Shown: positions 1-7,891 of the stretch, piece by piece
How positions within the stretch are numbered: the stretch's first letter is position 1
Layout of the letters: each line of letters starts with the position of its first letter
Source: an uncultured Chloroflexia bacterium
Lineage (GTDB): Bacteria > Chloroflexota > Anaerolineae > Anaerolineales > Anaerolineaceae
Direction of reading: 5' to 3'
DNA: 32,000 bases
Assembly: GCA_963704755.1 (NCBI GenBank)
Contig: OY969938.1
Span: forward strand, 120,001 to 152,000
Made by a program: the position numbers and the translations under genes
Notes under the pieces: generated by a model
What the model saw: only the letters and a program-made list of their open reading frames with translations
Databases searched by the model: none
Told to the model about the DNA's origin: nothing

Positions 1-836
1 CCCAGGTAGGGCCCGCCAAAGGAGAGCGGGATACCCAGGGGCTGGCCTTCGCCGACTACGATGTCAGCGCCGAATTCCCCCGGGGTTTTCAACAGCCCCA
101 GGGCGATGGGGTTGACCGCCACGGCCAGCAGCGCGCCGGCCTGGTGGACTTTCTCGGCAAATTGGGTCAAATCCTCGACCTGGCCAAAGAAATCCGGATA
201 CTGGACCAGCACCATGGCGGTATTGCTGTCCACCAGGTCGGCCAGCGCCGTCAGATGATCGAGCGGGTTGAGGCCTTCTTTTTCCCCGACCAGCTCGATG
301 TTGGGATAGCCGCACATATAGGTGCACAGCACATCGCGGTATTGAGGGTTGACGCCGGTGGAAAGAACGATGCGGGTTTTCTTCTCGCGGAAATGATGGT
401 AAGCCAGCACGGCCGCTTCGGCTGCAGCAGTCGCGCCATCGTAATGCGAGGCGTTGCACACTTCCATGCCGGTCAAATTAGCGATCAGGCTCTGGTATTC
501 GAAAATAGCCTGTAAGGTGCCTTGTGAGATCTCAGGTTGGTAAGGGGTATAAGCGGTAAAGAACTCTCCGCGGCGCAGCAAGCTGTCCACGGCGGCGGGG
601 ATGAAGTGGTTATACGCCCCAGCGCCCAGAAAACAAGCCATATCCTGGGTGGATTCATTGGCCAGAGAGAGATCGCGAAGTTGGGCCATGACTTCCATTT
701 CAGTCAAAGGCCTGGGCAGATTCAATTCGGGAAAACGAAAAGATGCAGGAACGGCGTCAAATAAATCTTCGATTTTCTCGGCGCCAATCGTTTTGAGCAT
801 CTCCTCACGTTCCACATCGGTATGCGGAATGAACAT
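1..836 (-). CDS. gcvPA: glycine dehydrogenase (decarboxylating) subunit 1 (GcvPA). About 278 N-terminal codons are present and the 3' end runs off the window.
   Basis: My own minus-strand translation from the ATG at 836..834 reads MFIPHTDVEREEMLKTIGAEKIEDLFDAVPASFRFPELNLPRPLTEMEVMAQLRDLSLANESTQDMACFLGAGAYNHFIPAAVDSLLRRGEFFTAYTPYQPEISQGTLQAIFEYQ... This is the typical N-terminus of P-protein subunit 1. The start overlaps the gcvH stop (TAATG). The ORF is absent from the track because it is open at the window edge. Confidence 0.9.
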   Translation of the reverse strand, partial: MFIPHTDVEREEMLKTIGAEKIEDLFDAVPASFRFPELNLPRPLTEMEVMAQLRDLSLANESTQDMACFLGAGAYNHFIPAAVDSLLRRGEFFTAYTPYQPEISQGTLQAIFEYQSLIANLTGMEVCNASHYDGATAAAEAAVLAYHHFREKKTRIVLSTGVNPQYRDVLCTYMCGYPNIELVGEKEGLNPLDHLTALADLVDSNTAMVLVQYPDFFGQVEDLTQFAEKVHQAGALLAVAVNPIALGLLKTPGEFGADIVVGEGQPLGIPLSFGGPYL

Positions 837-1228
837 TATTCGCTGCGCTCCTCGCAATACTTCTCATAGGCCGCTGCGTCCATCAAATCATCCAGTTCGG
901 CCAGGTCGGCTAATTCAACTTTCAGGACCCAGGCAGCGCCATAGGGGTCGGAGTTGACCGTTTCGAAATCATCATTGAGCGATTCGTTCAGTTCGGTTAC
1001 TTTACCAGAGAGCGGTGCGCTTACATCGGCGGCTGCTTTGACCAATTCAAGGGTGGCAATCGGTGAACCGGCTTTGACAATTTCACCCACGTCAACTTTA
1101 AACTCGAAATAAACGATATCTGAAAGCTGTGATTGGGCGTAATCCGTGACACCGATAAGGGCTACATTTCCCTCGACCTTGACCCACTCGTCAGTTTTCC
1201 CGTACTTGAGGCCTTCTGGAACATTCAT
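836..1228 (-). CDS. gcvH: glycine cleavage system protein H
   Basis: 130 aa. It carries the lipoyl-lysine region ...PIATLELVKAAADVSAPLSGKV... and the opening YGKTDEWVKVEGN..GVTDYAQ typical of GcvH. An AGGAG sits 8 nt upstream of the ATG. Confidence 0.95.
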   Translation of the reverse strand: MNVPEGLKYGKTDEWVKVEGNVALIGVTDYAQSQLSDIVYFEFKVDVGEIVKAGSPIATLELVKAAADVSAPLSGKVTELNESLNDDFETVNSDPYGAAWVLKVELADLAELDDLMDAAAYEKYCEERSE

Positions 1229-1253
1229 TGTTATTCTCCTGAGGACGTTTGGA

Positions 1254-1285
1254 ATAAAAAGAAGGGCGCACTGTACAGTACGCCC
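1254..1285 (-). terminator. intrinsic terminator that forms the expression platform of the glycine riboswitch
   Basis: The minus strand reads GGGCGUAC-UGUACA-GUGCGCCC, an 8 bp stem with one G.U pair that exists only on the minus-strand RNA. It is followed by UUCUUUUUAUU. The 5' arm overlaps the 3' strand of aptamer-2 P1 (ACAGAG). Confidence 0.8.
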
Positions 1286-1451
1286 TCTGTTATAGACCGG
1301 TGAGATTCGCCCGATTAAGGGTTTGCTCCTTAGGTGCCTGGTGGCTTTTCAGAGGAAATCGATAACGGGGTCCTTTTACCTGAGAGATTCGGATGCGAGC
1401 AATGCGCTGCATCTTTGCCCCTTCGGTGCCAATACTTTGGTCTCTTCCCCG
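1285..1451 (-). promoter_or_regulatory. tandem glycine riboswitch (two aptamers)
   Basis: Aptamer 1 on the minus strand reads CGGGGAAGAGACC..GGCACCGAAGGGGCAA..CGAAUCUCUCAGGUAAAAGGACCCCG. Aptamer 2 reads CUCUGAAAAGCCACCAGGCACCUAAGGAGCAA..AAUCUCACCGGUCUAUAACAGAG. Both match the GGAGAG / CACCGAAGGRGCAA / CUCAGG..AAAGGAC core of the glycine riboswitch family. It lies directly 5' of gcvH. Confidence 0.88.
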
Positions 1452-1480
1452 GAATCTTGAGAACTATTTGAACACATAGT

Positions 1481-1489
1481 ATTATACCA
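1481..1489 (-). promoter_or_regulatory. extended -10 promoter element (TGgTATAAT) for the riboswitch-gcvH-gcvPA transcript
   Basis: The minus strand reads TTGGTATAAT about 30 nt upstream of the first aptamer. The -35 is weak (TTCTTT at 17 nt spacing). Confidence 0.55.
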
Positions 1490-1561
1490 AAAGAAGTTCC
1501 AGGAAAGAATAACCCAAATCGATTTTTTTATTTTTGTAATTAATCAACTATCGTAAAAAAG

Positions 1562-1616
1562 AAGAGGTGTACTTGCTATTCGCCTGTGAAACAGGCCATT
1601 AGCAAGTACACCTCTT
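1562..1616 (-). terminator. rph intrinsic terminator, a two-tier hairpin with a U-tract
   Basis: AAGAGGTGTACTTGCTA / TAGCAAGTACACCTCTT is a 17 bp perfect outer stem. The inner stem is GCCTGT-GAA-ACAGGC. On the minus strand it starts 11 nt after the rph stop and is followed by CTTTTTT. Confidence 0.8.
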
Positions 1617-1627
1617 AATTTCCGGTT

Positions 1628-2356
1628 TCATAATTTCGCCAGGGTGGATTGCTGGACCGCCAACAATTCCTGGATACCGGAAGCCGCCAGGTCGAGCATC
1701 TGGTCCAACTGCTGGCGCGAGTAGGGGTTCTTTTCGGCCGTCCCCTGGACTTCGATGAATTTGCCAGATGCGTTCATGACCACGTTCAAGTCGGTTTCAG
1801 CATGTGAATCTTCCGCATAGTTCAGGTCCAGAATCGCCTGGCCGTCGTAGATGCCCACGCTGACGGCCGCGACCGCTTCTGCCAGCACTTCGGGCGGGCA
1901 GGCGCCGGCCTGGATCAGGCCGCGCAGGGCAATGACCACGGCGATATAGGCGCCGGTGACCGAGGCGGTGCGGGTACCGCCATCCGCCTGCAAAACATCG
2001 CAATCCAGAGTGATGGTACGCGGTCCCAGCTTTTGCAAATCGACCGCGGCGCGCAGGCTGCGCCCAATCAGCCGGCGGATTTCCTGGCTGCGGCTGCCGG
2101 TCGCATTGTCGCGGTTGACCCTCTGCTGCGTGGAGCGTGGCAGCAAGGCGTATTCGGCCGTGATCCAACCGCTGCCTGGCTGGCTCTTCTCGAGCCAGCG
2201 TGGCACGCCCTGCTCAATAGTGGCGTTACACAAAACGCGCGTCTGACCGGCTTCGATCAGCACCGAACCCTCCGGGTAATCCACAAAACCTGCGGTCAAT
2301 TTCACCGGCCGTAACTGGCCGGCTTTGCGGCCATCGATCCGTATATATTCAGTCAT
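1628..2356 (-). CDS. rph: ribonuclease PH
   Basis: 242 aa. [38 protein letters not shown]... and ...[22 protein letters not shown]... are hallmark RNase PH motifs. Confidence 0.95.
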   Translation of the reverse strand: MTEYIRIDGRKAGQLRPVKLTAGFVDYPEGSVLIEAGQTRVLCNATIEQGVPRWLEKSQPGSGWITAEYALLPRSTQQRVNRDNATGSRSQEIRRLIGRSLRAAVDLQKLGPRTITLDCDVLQADGGTRTASVTGAYIAVVIALRGLIQAGACPPEVLAEAVAAVSVGIYDGQAILDLNYAEDSHAETDLNVVMNASGKFIEVQGTAEKNPYSRQQLDQMLDLAASGIQELLAVQQSTLAKL

Positions 2357-2483
2357 GGTATTCCTTTATTGTAAAAAGGTGTTCGCATAATACTATTGAT
2401 TTAAGTTGTTTGACGAGATTTTGGCAAATCAATTCGCTCAAATCAAATAAATCATTGTAATTACCCGGCCATCGTTAAGGAGG

Positions 2484-2540
2484 GGGGTGTTTTTATAGTT
2501 TTTCGCGTGCGAAGCACGCGAAAAACTATAAAAACACCCC
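2484..2540. repeat. perfect palindrome, 27 bp stem with a GAA loop (GCGAAGC apex)
   Basis: GGGGTGTTTTTATAGTTTTTCGCGTGC-GAA-GCACGCGAAAAACTATAAAAACACCCC. It lies between the ybaK-like 3' end and the rph 5' end. No flanking U-tract on either strand. Confidence 0.9.
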
Positions 2541-2580
2541 TAATTTTCAAAATATCCTGAATAGAAACAAATCATTATAG

Positions 2581-3072
2581 TTATGAAAATTGTTTGGCCA
2601 GGCGGATTTTCTCTGGATTGCCGAGTACTTGCATTAAGACCTGGGGAGTCAGGATAATGCCCACACCGCTGATCCCGCTGCCCAGCGAAATCTCGCTTTG
2701 CTGGAAAATATCTTCATCGACCCGGATTCTTACCTGTGGATCGATGCAGAATGGTGAAACGGTGCCGGGCAGGCTGCCGGTCTTTTCGAGCACCTCTTCA
2801 CGGGTGGCCATGGTCAGCCGCGAGAGACCCAGGGTCTGGCGGAGCGAGCGCCAATCGATTTGGGCCGGGCCGGAGGCCAGGATCATCAGATACTCGTCTT
2901 CAGCCAGGCGGAAAAGCAGCGAGCGGGCCACCTGGTCGGGTGTCTGGTTGCGCTCGGCGGCCGCTTCTTCCAGGGAATGGATCGGCCCATGGTGTTGGAA
3001 CAGGCGAAAATCTACCCCGGATTTCTTGAGAAAGCGGATGGCATTGGAATCAAGGTTTTCTTCGGCAGGCAT
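2581..3072 (-). CDS. YbaK/EbsC/ProX-type aminoacyl-tRNA deacylase domain protein
   Basis: 163 aa. The layout is that of the YbaK/prolyl-tRNA-synthetase-associated editing domain (..RFLKKSGVDFRLFQH...SLLFR...ILASG...D...L....G..R...A..EEV...TG...G.VSPF). It starts 9 nt after the upstream radical SAM gene stop. Confidence 0.7.
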   Translation of the reverse strand: MPAEENLDSNAIRFLKKSGVDFRLFQHHGPIHSLEEAAAERNQTPDQVARSLLFRLAEDEYLMILASGPAQIDWRSLRQTLGLSRLTMATREEVLEKTGSLPGTVSPFCIDPQVRIRVDEDIFQQSEISLGSGISGVGIILTPQVLMQVLGNPEKIRLAKQFS

Positions 3073-3081
3073 CAGATGGCA

Positions 3082-4227
3082 TCACCACAGGCTTAGTTGT
3101 TGGAGCGGGCGTTTCCCATCGATCAGGATGAACGGCGCGGCCCTTTCGGGAATGATCCCGACTTTGTGCAGTTCGCCCAATTCGTGGATGAAGTGAATGG
3201 TCCTGGATTGCAGGATCCGTTCGGCGCCTTTCGGCCCGATCCCGGGAATACGCAGCAATTGTACCCTGTCTGCCTTGTTGATTTCAACCGGCCGGTGGGC
3301 AAGGTTTTCGCGCGCCCAGGAGAGTTTGGGATCGGTATCCAGGGGCAGGTTGCCGTCCGGGGTGTACGAAAAATCTTCCATGCCGAAACCATAATCGCGG
3401 ATGAGAAAAGAAGCCTGGTAAAGGCGCACTTTACGCAGCGGGTTTTCCGGAGGCAGGTTTTCCATCGGGGTATCCGAAATTGGATTGAACGGAGAATAGT
3501 ACACTCGCTTCAAGTTAAGATTCTGCAGCAGGTAAGTGGAAGTGGACAACAGCTCCAGATCGGTGTCGCCGGTCCCGCCGACGACAAACTGGGTGGCCAG
3601 ACTGGGAAACATGCGGTTGTAACCGCTGCGGTCGTAATTCTCTTTGCGCAGGCGTTCCATGGTACGCAGGGGATCCAACAGCTCACGCACGAATTCCTTT
3701 TTAGGCGCCAGGTGAGCCAGGCGTTCTGGGTTGGGTGCTTCCAGGTTGATGGAAACCCGGCTGGCCAGGCGCATGGTCTGCTCGATCTGGGCGTCTTCAG
3801 CACCGGGCATCAGTTTCAGATGAATGTAGCCGCGGAAATTATATTTTTTACGCAAAATCTCGGCCGTGGAAATGATCCTGTCCTGGGTGCGGGTGCTGCC
3901 GCCGATGATACCCGAGCTGAGGAACAGGCCTTCGACGATGCCAGCGCTGTACATGCGGTGGAACAGGTCGGCCATTTGCTCCGGCTTGAGCGTTTCGCGG
4001 CGCAGGTGACGCCCGGCCCGGAAGGCGCAATAGTTGCAATTCCGCTCACAGGCCGTGGTTAGCATAGTTTTGAGCAGGGGAATCTCTCCTCCGCCGGATT
4101 TTTTGGCGTGGAAAACCGGGGGTATCCCGCAGGGCGGTGTAGGTTGAGGCGTAGTGGGATCCTTTTCGTCATCCAGGTCATAATTGGCCTGACTGGTTAG
4201 TAATTCGAGCTTCTCTAAACCGTCCAT
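3082..4227 (-). CDS. putative DNA modification/repair radical SAM protein with a C-terminal helix-hairpin-helix
   Basis: Contains the CxxxCxxC cluster (CERNCNYCAFR). IVEGLFLSSG, FRGYIHLKLMPGA and RVSINLEAPNPERLAHLAPKK match my memory of the TIGR03916-type family. The C-terminal LLRIPGIGPKGAERIL is an HhH motif. I prefer the ATG at 4227 over the track's TTG at 4260, because a TTGATT-17-TATAAT promoter ends 9 nt upstream of 4227. Confidence 0.8.
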   Translation of the reverse strand: MDGLEKLELLTSQANYDLDDEKDPTTPQPTPPCGIPPVFHAKKSGGGEIPLLKTMLTTACERNCNYCAFRAGRHLRRETLKPEQMADLFHRMYSAGIVEGLFLSSGIIGGSTRTQDRIISTAEILRKKYNFRGYIHLKLMPGAEDAQIEQTMRLASRVSINLEAPNPERLAHLAPKKEFVRELLDPLRTMERLRKENYDRSGYNRMFPSLATQFVVGGTGDTDLELLSTSTYLLQNLNLKRVYYSPFNPISDTPMENLPPENPLRKVRLYQASFLIRDYGFGMEDFSYTPDGNLPLDTDPKLSWARENLAHRPVEINKADRVQLLRIPGIGPKGAERILQSRTIHFIHELGELHKVGIIPERAAPFILIDGKRPLQQLSLW

Positions 4228-4236
4228 AGTGAATAG

Positions 4237-4265
4237 ATTATAGAACAATAATTCTAACAAATCAA
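4237..4265 (-). promoter_or_regulatory. sigma-70-type promoter (TTGATT-17 nt-TATAAT) for the radical SAM gene, probably giving a leaderless mRNA
   Basis: Minus strand: TTGATT at 4265..4260, a 17 nt spacer, TATAAT at 4242..4237, then 9 nt to the ATG at 4227. The -35 overlaps the left end of the 4261-4319 palindrome. Confidence 0.55.
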
Positions 4266-4319
4266 GGGGTTGAATATTTTCGAGGGACGAAGTCCCTCGA
4301 AAATATTCAACCCCTTGAT
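4261..4319. repeat. perfect palindrome, 28 bp stem with a GAA loop, in a divergent intergenic region
   Basis: ATCAAGGGGTTGAATATTTTCGAGGGAC-GAA-GTCCCTCGAAAATATTCAACCCCTTGAT. It sits between the divergent starts at 4227 (-) and 4366 (+). Confidence 0.9.
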
Positions 4320-4365
4320 GAAATCACGGATTTATTCAATAGGTTAGAATACAACATAATCTGAG

Positions 4366-5022
4366 ATGAAAATTATCGTTTCGATACTGCGCTTTTTCTT
4401 CTATTTGCTCTACCATCCCCTGGCATTCCTCTATGACGGGATCGCCGGGGCGGTCTCGTTTGGCGAGTGGAATAACTGGGTCAAGACCATCCTGGCGGAT
4501 GTACACGGGCTGCGGGTATTAGAGCTGGGCTTTGGGCCCGGACACATGCAAATCGAGTTGATCCAGCAGGGTTACCAGGCTTACGGGCTGGATGAAAGCC
4601 TGCCGATGTGCCGGCTGGCGAAAAGACGCATCGATAAGAATTTCAGGGGGGCATATCCGGGGAGCCTGACCCGCGGAGTAGCCGAGCGCCTGCCTTATCC
4701 GGCGGGTAGTTTCGATACGGTCCTGGCTACCTTTCCGCCCGAGTTTATCTTTAAGCCGGAGACTCTGGAAGAGATCCGGCGTACCCTGGCCGAGGATGGC
4801 GTTTTGCTGATCCTGCTGGGGGTCCGTATTGGCGGTAAGCGGACCGGGAAACGGATGCTGCGGACGCTTTACTGGATCACCCACCAGTCGCAGGCTGAAA
4901 TGGCTTTACCCGAACTGATCGAGGAACGCTTCAGCCGGGCAGGTTTATGGGTCGAGATGAACGCCAGGGACTATGGTGAGGATACCCTCTACTATTTACG
5001 GGCAAAGACCGCAGAGGGTTAA
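4366..5022 (+). CDS. class I SAM-dependent methyltransferase
   Basis: 218 aa. Motif I is VLELGFGPG followed by the acidic GLDES. The post-I and II regions (FDTVLATF..) are typical of Methyltransf_11/25 proteins. CATAAT lies 5 nt upstream of the ATG. Confidence 0.75.
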   Translation: MKIIVSILRFFFYLLYHPLAFLYDGIAGAVSFGEWNNWVKTILADVHGLRVLELGFGPGHMQIELIQQGYQAYGLDESLPMCRLAKRRIDKNFRGAYPGSLTRGVAERLPYPAGSFDTVLATFPPEFIFKPETLEEIRRTLAEDGVLLILLGVRIGGKRTGKRMLRTLYWITHQSQAEMALPELIEERFSRAGLWVEMNARDYGEDTLYYLRAKTAEG

Positions 5023-5159
5023 GTCTTATGGCGTTCTCCTGTTCACTGGATAAAAACCAGAAAATTTGTCATCGCGAACCCTGGCCGCTTCTTGCCCAAG
5101 GGGCATGTTACGCACCAGGGCAATCGCATCATGCCAATTTTGTCCCAACAGAGAGATAA

Positions 5160-5204
5160 TTTTGAGTGTTATTGTGGGGCGTAGCCCCACAATAACACTC
5201 AAAA
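5160..5204. repeat. perfect palindrome, 21 bp stem with a GTA loop (GC-GTA-GC apex)
   Basis: TTTTGAGTGTTATTGTGGGGC-GTA-GCCCCACAATAACACTCAAAA. It lies between the tandem + genes. No U-tract after it on either strand. Confidence 0.9.
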
Positions 5205-5300
5205 ACCCATTCTTTGGGAATTGCCCTCAAAAAGCAGGCAGGCTGCAATCGCCCTGGGCGCGCCCTTTCATTGAGTATTAATTTGAAGTAAAATACCACA

Positions 5301-6026
5301 ATGGAAATTCAAATTGCCGTCACGAAAACGACCCGCTACGGTTCTCAAGAGAGTGGCGATTCGATTGAGATTATCGAGCGACCTAACGGGGGGCTATCGG
5401 TCGTGATGTGCGATGGGCAAGAATCCGGATATGAAGGAAAAATGGTATCCGGAATGGTCGTCCGCAAGGTGCTGGGAATGATCGCCGATGGGATCCGGGA
5501 TGGCGCTGCTGCCCGGGCGGCATCGGATTTCCTGTACACCGAACGACATGGGGCCAACCCGGTTTTCTTGAATATCCTCAGCGCAGATTTGCAGTCCGGA
5601 ACGTTGGTTTTGACCCGGAACAACCCATCGCCGATATTTGTCGCCCAATCCGGGCGGATCGAGTGCCTGGGGGGCAGTATGCAGCCAATCGGCACCGAGC
5701 GCAATATCCGCCCATCGATCAGCGAGATCGGTCTGCTGACCGGGACGACGGTGGTGATGTACACGGATGGTGTGGCGAACGCAGGCGCCAACTCTGGCGG
5801 GCTGGGGATCGATATTTGCGAGATTATCGAAGCCTTGCTGGATGAGCAAGATCCAACCGCCCAGAAAATTTCCGACACGCTGCTCAACCAGGCAATTCAT
5901 GAAGATCACAAACATCCCCAGGACGATATGAGCGTGGTCGTTTTACGGATCCTGGCCAAAGAAAGCGAACCGATCCGCAGGATGCACGTTCATCTGCCGG
6001 TACCGAACAGCAAGGCGATTGTTTAA
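5301..6026 (+). CDS. SpoIIE/PP2C-family (PPM) serine phosphatase domain protein, single-domain
   Basis: 241 aa. GDSIEII near the N-terminus, VVMYTDGV and DDMSVVVLRI near the C-terminus match the metal-binding Asp motifs of SpoIIE/RsbU-type PP2C phosphatases. Confidence 0.6.
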   Translation: MEIQIAVTKTTRYGSQESGDSIEIIERPNGGLSVVMCDGQESGYEGKMVSGMVVRKVLGMIADGIRDGAAARAASDFLYTERHGANPVFLNILSADLQSGTLVLTRNNPSPIFVAQSGRIECLGGSMQPIGTERNIRPSISEIGLLTGTTVVMYTDGVANAGANSGGLGIDICEIIEALLDEQDPTAQKISDTLLNQAIHEDHKHPQDDMSVVVLRILAKESEPIRRMHVHLPVPNSKAIV

Positions 6027-6475
6027 GAGCCTGTCACTGACCGGATTTTGATTGAACGGGTTAGAATAAAAGCCAGGGCCAGGGCGACCAACCCGGATGC
6101 ATCGAAGGCGATGAAACGGGTCGTGCTGGCCGTGATCAAAACGTGCCCGCCAGGCAGAGTCGATAACAGGATCAATTCGCCAATCACGCCGATGGCTTGC
6201 ATCAGGCAGGCTTCGATCAACGATACGCGCCGGCGAATGGGATTCCAGAGCGCGAAAATGTAAGGTGTGTTCCACATGAGGAACAGGATGCCCAACCCTC
6301 GCATCAATGCAGCCCCTGCAACGCCTTCCAGTTCAAATGAGGGGGCATACCATTCGCCGTGAAGAATAAACAAAATTGCCGATTGCAGGTTGAAAAACAG
6401 CACGATGGCGATTAATCCCCTGGCCAGGTTGACCCGAACATTTGATTTCTGGCGGGTTTGGGCGTTTAATTCCAT
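6023..6475 (-). CDS. small integral membrane protein (about 4 TM), function unknown
   Basis: I trimmed the start to the ATG at 6475 (MELNAQTRQKSNVRVNLARGLIAIVLFFNL...). The track's longer ORF runs through the 6534-6580 palindrome. TATAAT lies 9 nt upstream of this ATG. The protein has four hydrophobic segments. Its stop overlaps the convergent PP2C gene stop by 4 nt. Confidence 0.6.
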   Translation of the reverse strand: MELNAQTRQKSNVRVNLARGLIAIVLFFNLQSAILFILHGEWYAPSFELEGVAGAALMRGLGILFLMWNTPYIFALWNPIRRRVSLIEACLMQAIGVIGELILLSTLPGGHVLITASTTRFIAFDASGLVALALAFILTRSIKIRSVTGS

Positions 6476-6533
6476 AACATTATTATTATATACGCACCCG
6501 AACATTAATCGGGCGCCTGACAAAAAGGTCTGA

Positions 6534-6580
6534 AAATTTGGGTATTTGTGGGGGCATCGCCCCCACAAATACCCAAATTT
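6534..6580. repeat. perfect palindrome, 22 bp stem with an ATC loop (GC-ATC-GC apex), in a divergent intergenic region
   Basis: AAATTTGGGTATTTGTGGGGGC-ATC-GCCCCCACAAATACCCAAATTT. It sits between the starts at 6475 (-) and 6622 (+). Confidence 0.9.
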
Positions 6581-6621
6581 CAAGATCAACCCCTCAAAAA
6601 AACTTTCAAGGAATTTTAAGC

Positions 6622-7737
6622 ATGCCTTCTTCGTCAGCAAACAATTCACAACTTCATCTTGCTTATATCATCACACCGCATGGCTTCGGTCACGCTGCCA
6701 GGGCCTGCGCCGTCATGGATGCCATCTTGCGGGTCAACCCGGCGGTGACCTTCGATATCTTTACCCTGGTCCCGGAATGGTTCTTCCGCGATTCGGTGCA
6801 AGGCCATTTCGATTATCACGAATTCGAAACCGATATCGGGGTTGTTCAGGAAAGTCCTTTCCAGGAGGACCTGCCCGGGACGGTCCAAAAAATCAAGACA
6901 TTCCTGCCCTTTGCCGGCCCGTCCAGCGATGGTCTTGCTGGCGAATTGATTCGCTGCGGCTGCCGGCTGGCGCTTATCGACGCCGGCCCATTGGGCATAC
7001 GGGCGGCCGAGAAAGCCGGTATTCCCTCGGTGCTGGTGGAAAATTTCACCTGGGACTGGATCTACAGCGGCTACCTGGGCGTGGAACCCGATTTTGCCGA
7101 CGTATTAGAGGAGTATCGCAGCGCGTTTCGCGTAGCCACTTACCGCATCCAGACCGAGCCGGTCTGTGCGGTGGCGAAATGCGATTTAACGGTGACACCG
7201 GTGGCGCGCTTGCCGCATCATTCCCGCGCTGAAGTACGGAAAGAACTCTCGATCAACGGCGATAGGCCAGTCGTCTTGATCACTATGGGAGGGATCCACC
7301 AGGCCTACCAGGCTTTGAGCGAATTGAGCCGGCGCGACGATACCGTCTTCGTCATTCCGGGCGGCGCGGATGAATTCCGGGTCGAAAAAAATCTGGTGAT
7401 GATGCCGCATCACAGCGACTTTTACCACCCGGACCTGGTCTTTGCCAGCGACGCGGTGGTGGGTAAGCTGGGCTACAGTACGGTCGCCGAGGCGGCCCTG
7501 GCCGGAATCCGCTATGCCTACGTGCCGCGCGACAATTTCCGCGAGACAGGTCCCCTGGGCAGTTTTGTAGAGCAGCACCTGGGCGGCATGGTTATCCAAA
7601 AAGATGATTTCTTCAACGGCGCCTGGGCAGCACAGCTTCCGGACTGGCTGCAAAATGACAAGCCCGTCACGCACTTTCAAAACGGAGCCGATCAGGTGGC
7701 GCGGTTTGTGGTGGCGGTGGAAGAGAAAAGAGAATAG
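6622..7737 (+). CDS. glycosyltransferase-like protein (GT-B fold, GT1/GT28-like). Function uncertain.
   Basis: I trimmed the start to the ATG at 6622 (MPSSSANNSQLHLAYIITPHGFGHAARACAV...). The N-terminal TxHGFGHxxR motif resembles GT1/MurG-like and arabinokinase N-terminal GT-like domains. AAGGA lies 9 nt upstream. Confidence 0.5.
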   Translation: MPSSSANNSQLHLAYIITPHGFGHAARACAVMDAILRVNPAVTFDIFTLVPEWFFRDSVQGHFDYHEFETDIGVVQESPFQEDLPGTVQKIKTFLPFAGPSSDGLAGELIRCGCRLALIDAGPLGIRAAEKAGIPSVLVENFTWDWIYSGYLGVEPDFADVLEEYRSAFRVATYRIQTEPVCAVAKCDLTVTPVARLPHHSRAEVRKELSINGDRPVVLITMGGIHQAYQALSELSRRDDTVFVIPGGADEFRVEKNLVMMPHHSDFYHPDLVFASDAVVGKLGYSTVAEAALAGIRYAYVPRDNFRETGPLGSFVEQHLGGMVIQKDDFFNGAWAAQLPDWLQNDKPVTHFQNGADQVARFVVAVEEKRE

Positions 7738-7791
7738 AGAAGAGAGAATAGTAATTAGAAAGTAGTGATTGGTAGTCAGTATTCAGGTCTA

Positions 7792-7856
7792 GTCAACAAG
7801 TCAACAAGGCAATGAGGAAGTACGTCTTTCCCACGTTGCCTTGTTGACTTGTTGAC
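7792..7856. repeat. inverted repeat with 21 bp perfect arms and a 23 nt loop, the core of a larger imperfect palindrome
   Basis: GTCAACAAGTCAACAAGGCAA ... TTGCCTTGTTGACTTGTTGAC. Each arm holds a tandem TCAACAAG. The flanks carry inverted AGAGAATAGAGAA / TTCTCTATTCTCT low-complexity repeats that reach the stop codons of both convergent genes. Confidence 0.85.
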
Positions 7857-7891
7857 GGCACAACTACTCTCTATTCTCTATTCTCTAATCT

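Noticed and set aside
2594-4062. Long antisense or alternate-frame ORFs inside recognised genes. Examples: 2594..3196 +, 3097..4062 +, 5345..5887 -, 7186..7680 -, 11177..11767 +, 21633..22172 +, 22702..23463 +, 23711..24217 +, 28173..28646 +, 28919..29470 +.
   Set aside because: Each lies opposite to, or out of frame with, a gene whose product has clear family motifs. Their translations are Arg/Gly/Pro/Ala-rich low-information sequence typical of GC-biased shadow ORFs, and none has an RBS or promoter context.
5066-5281. 71-aa ORF in the methyltransferase/PP2C gap.
   Set aside because: It reads straight through the 5160-5204 palindrome and the GCGAACCCTGGC motif. It is Cys/Arg/Pro-rich and has no RBS.
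6476-6649. N-terminal extensions of track ORFs: 6023..6649 -, 6538..7737 +, 7892..8488 -, 7937..8935 +, 10895..13531 -, 10034..10324 -, 3082..4260 -, 13642..14349 +.
   Set aside because: The extensions run through palindromes or through the oppositely oriented neighbouring gene, and they start at TTG or GTG. Internal ATGs that match family N-termini, with an SD or a TATAAT-9 nt context, were preferred.
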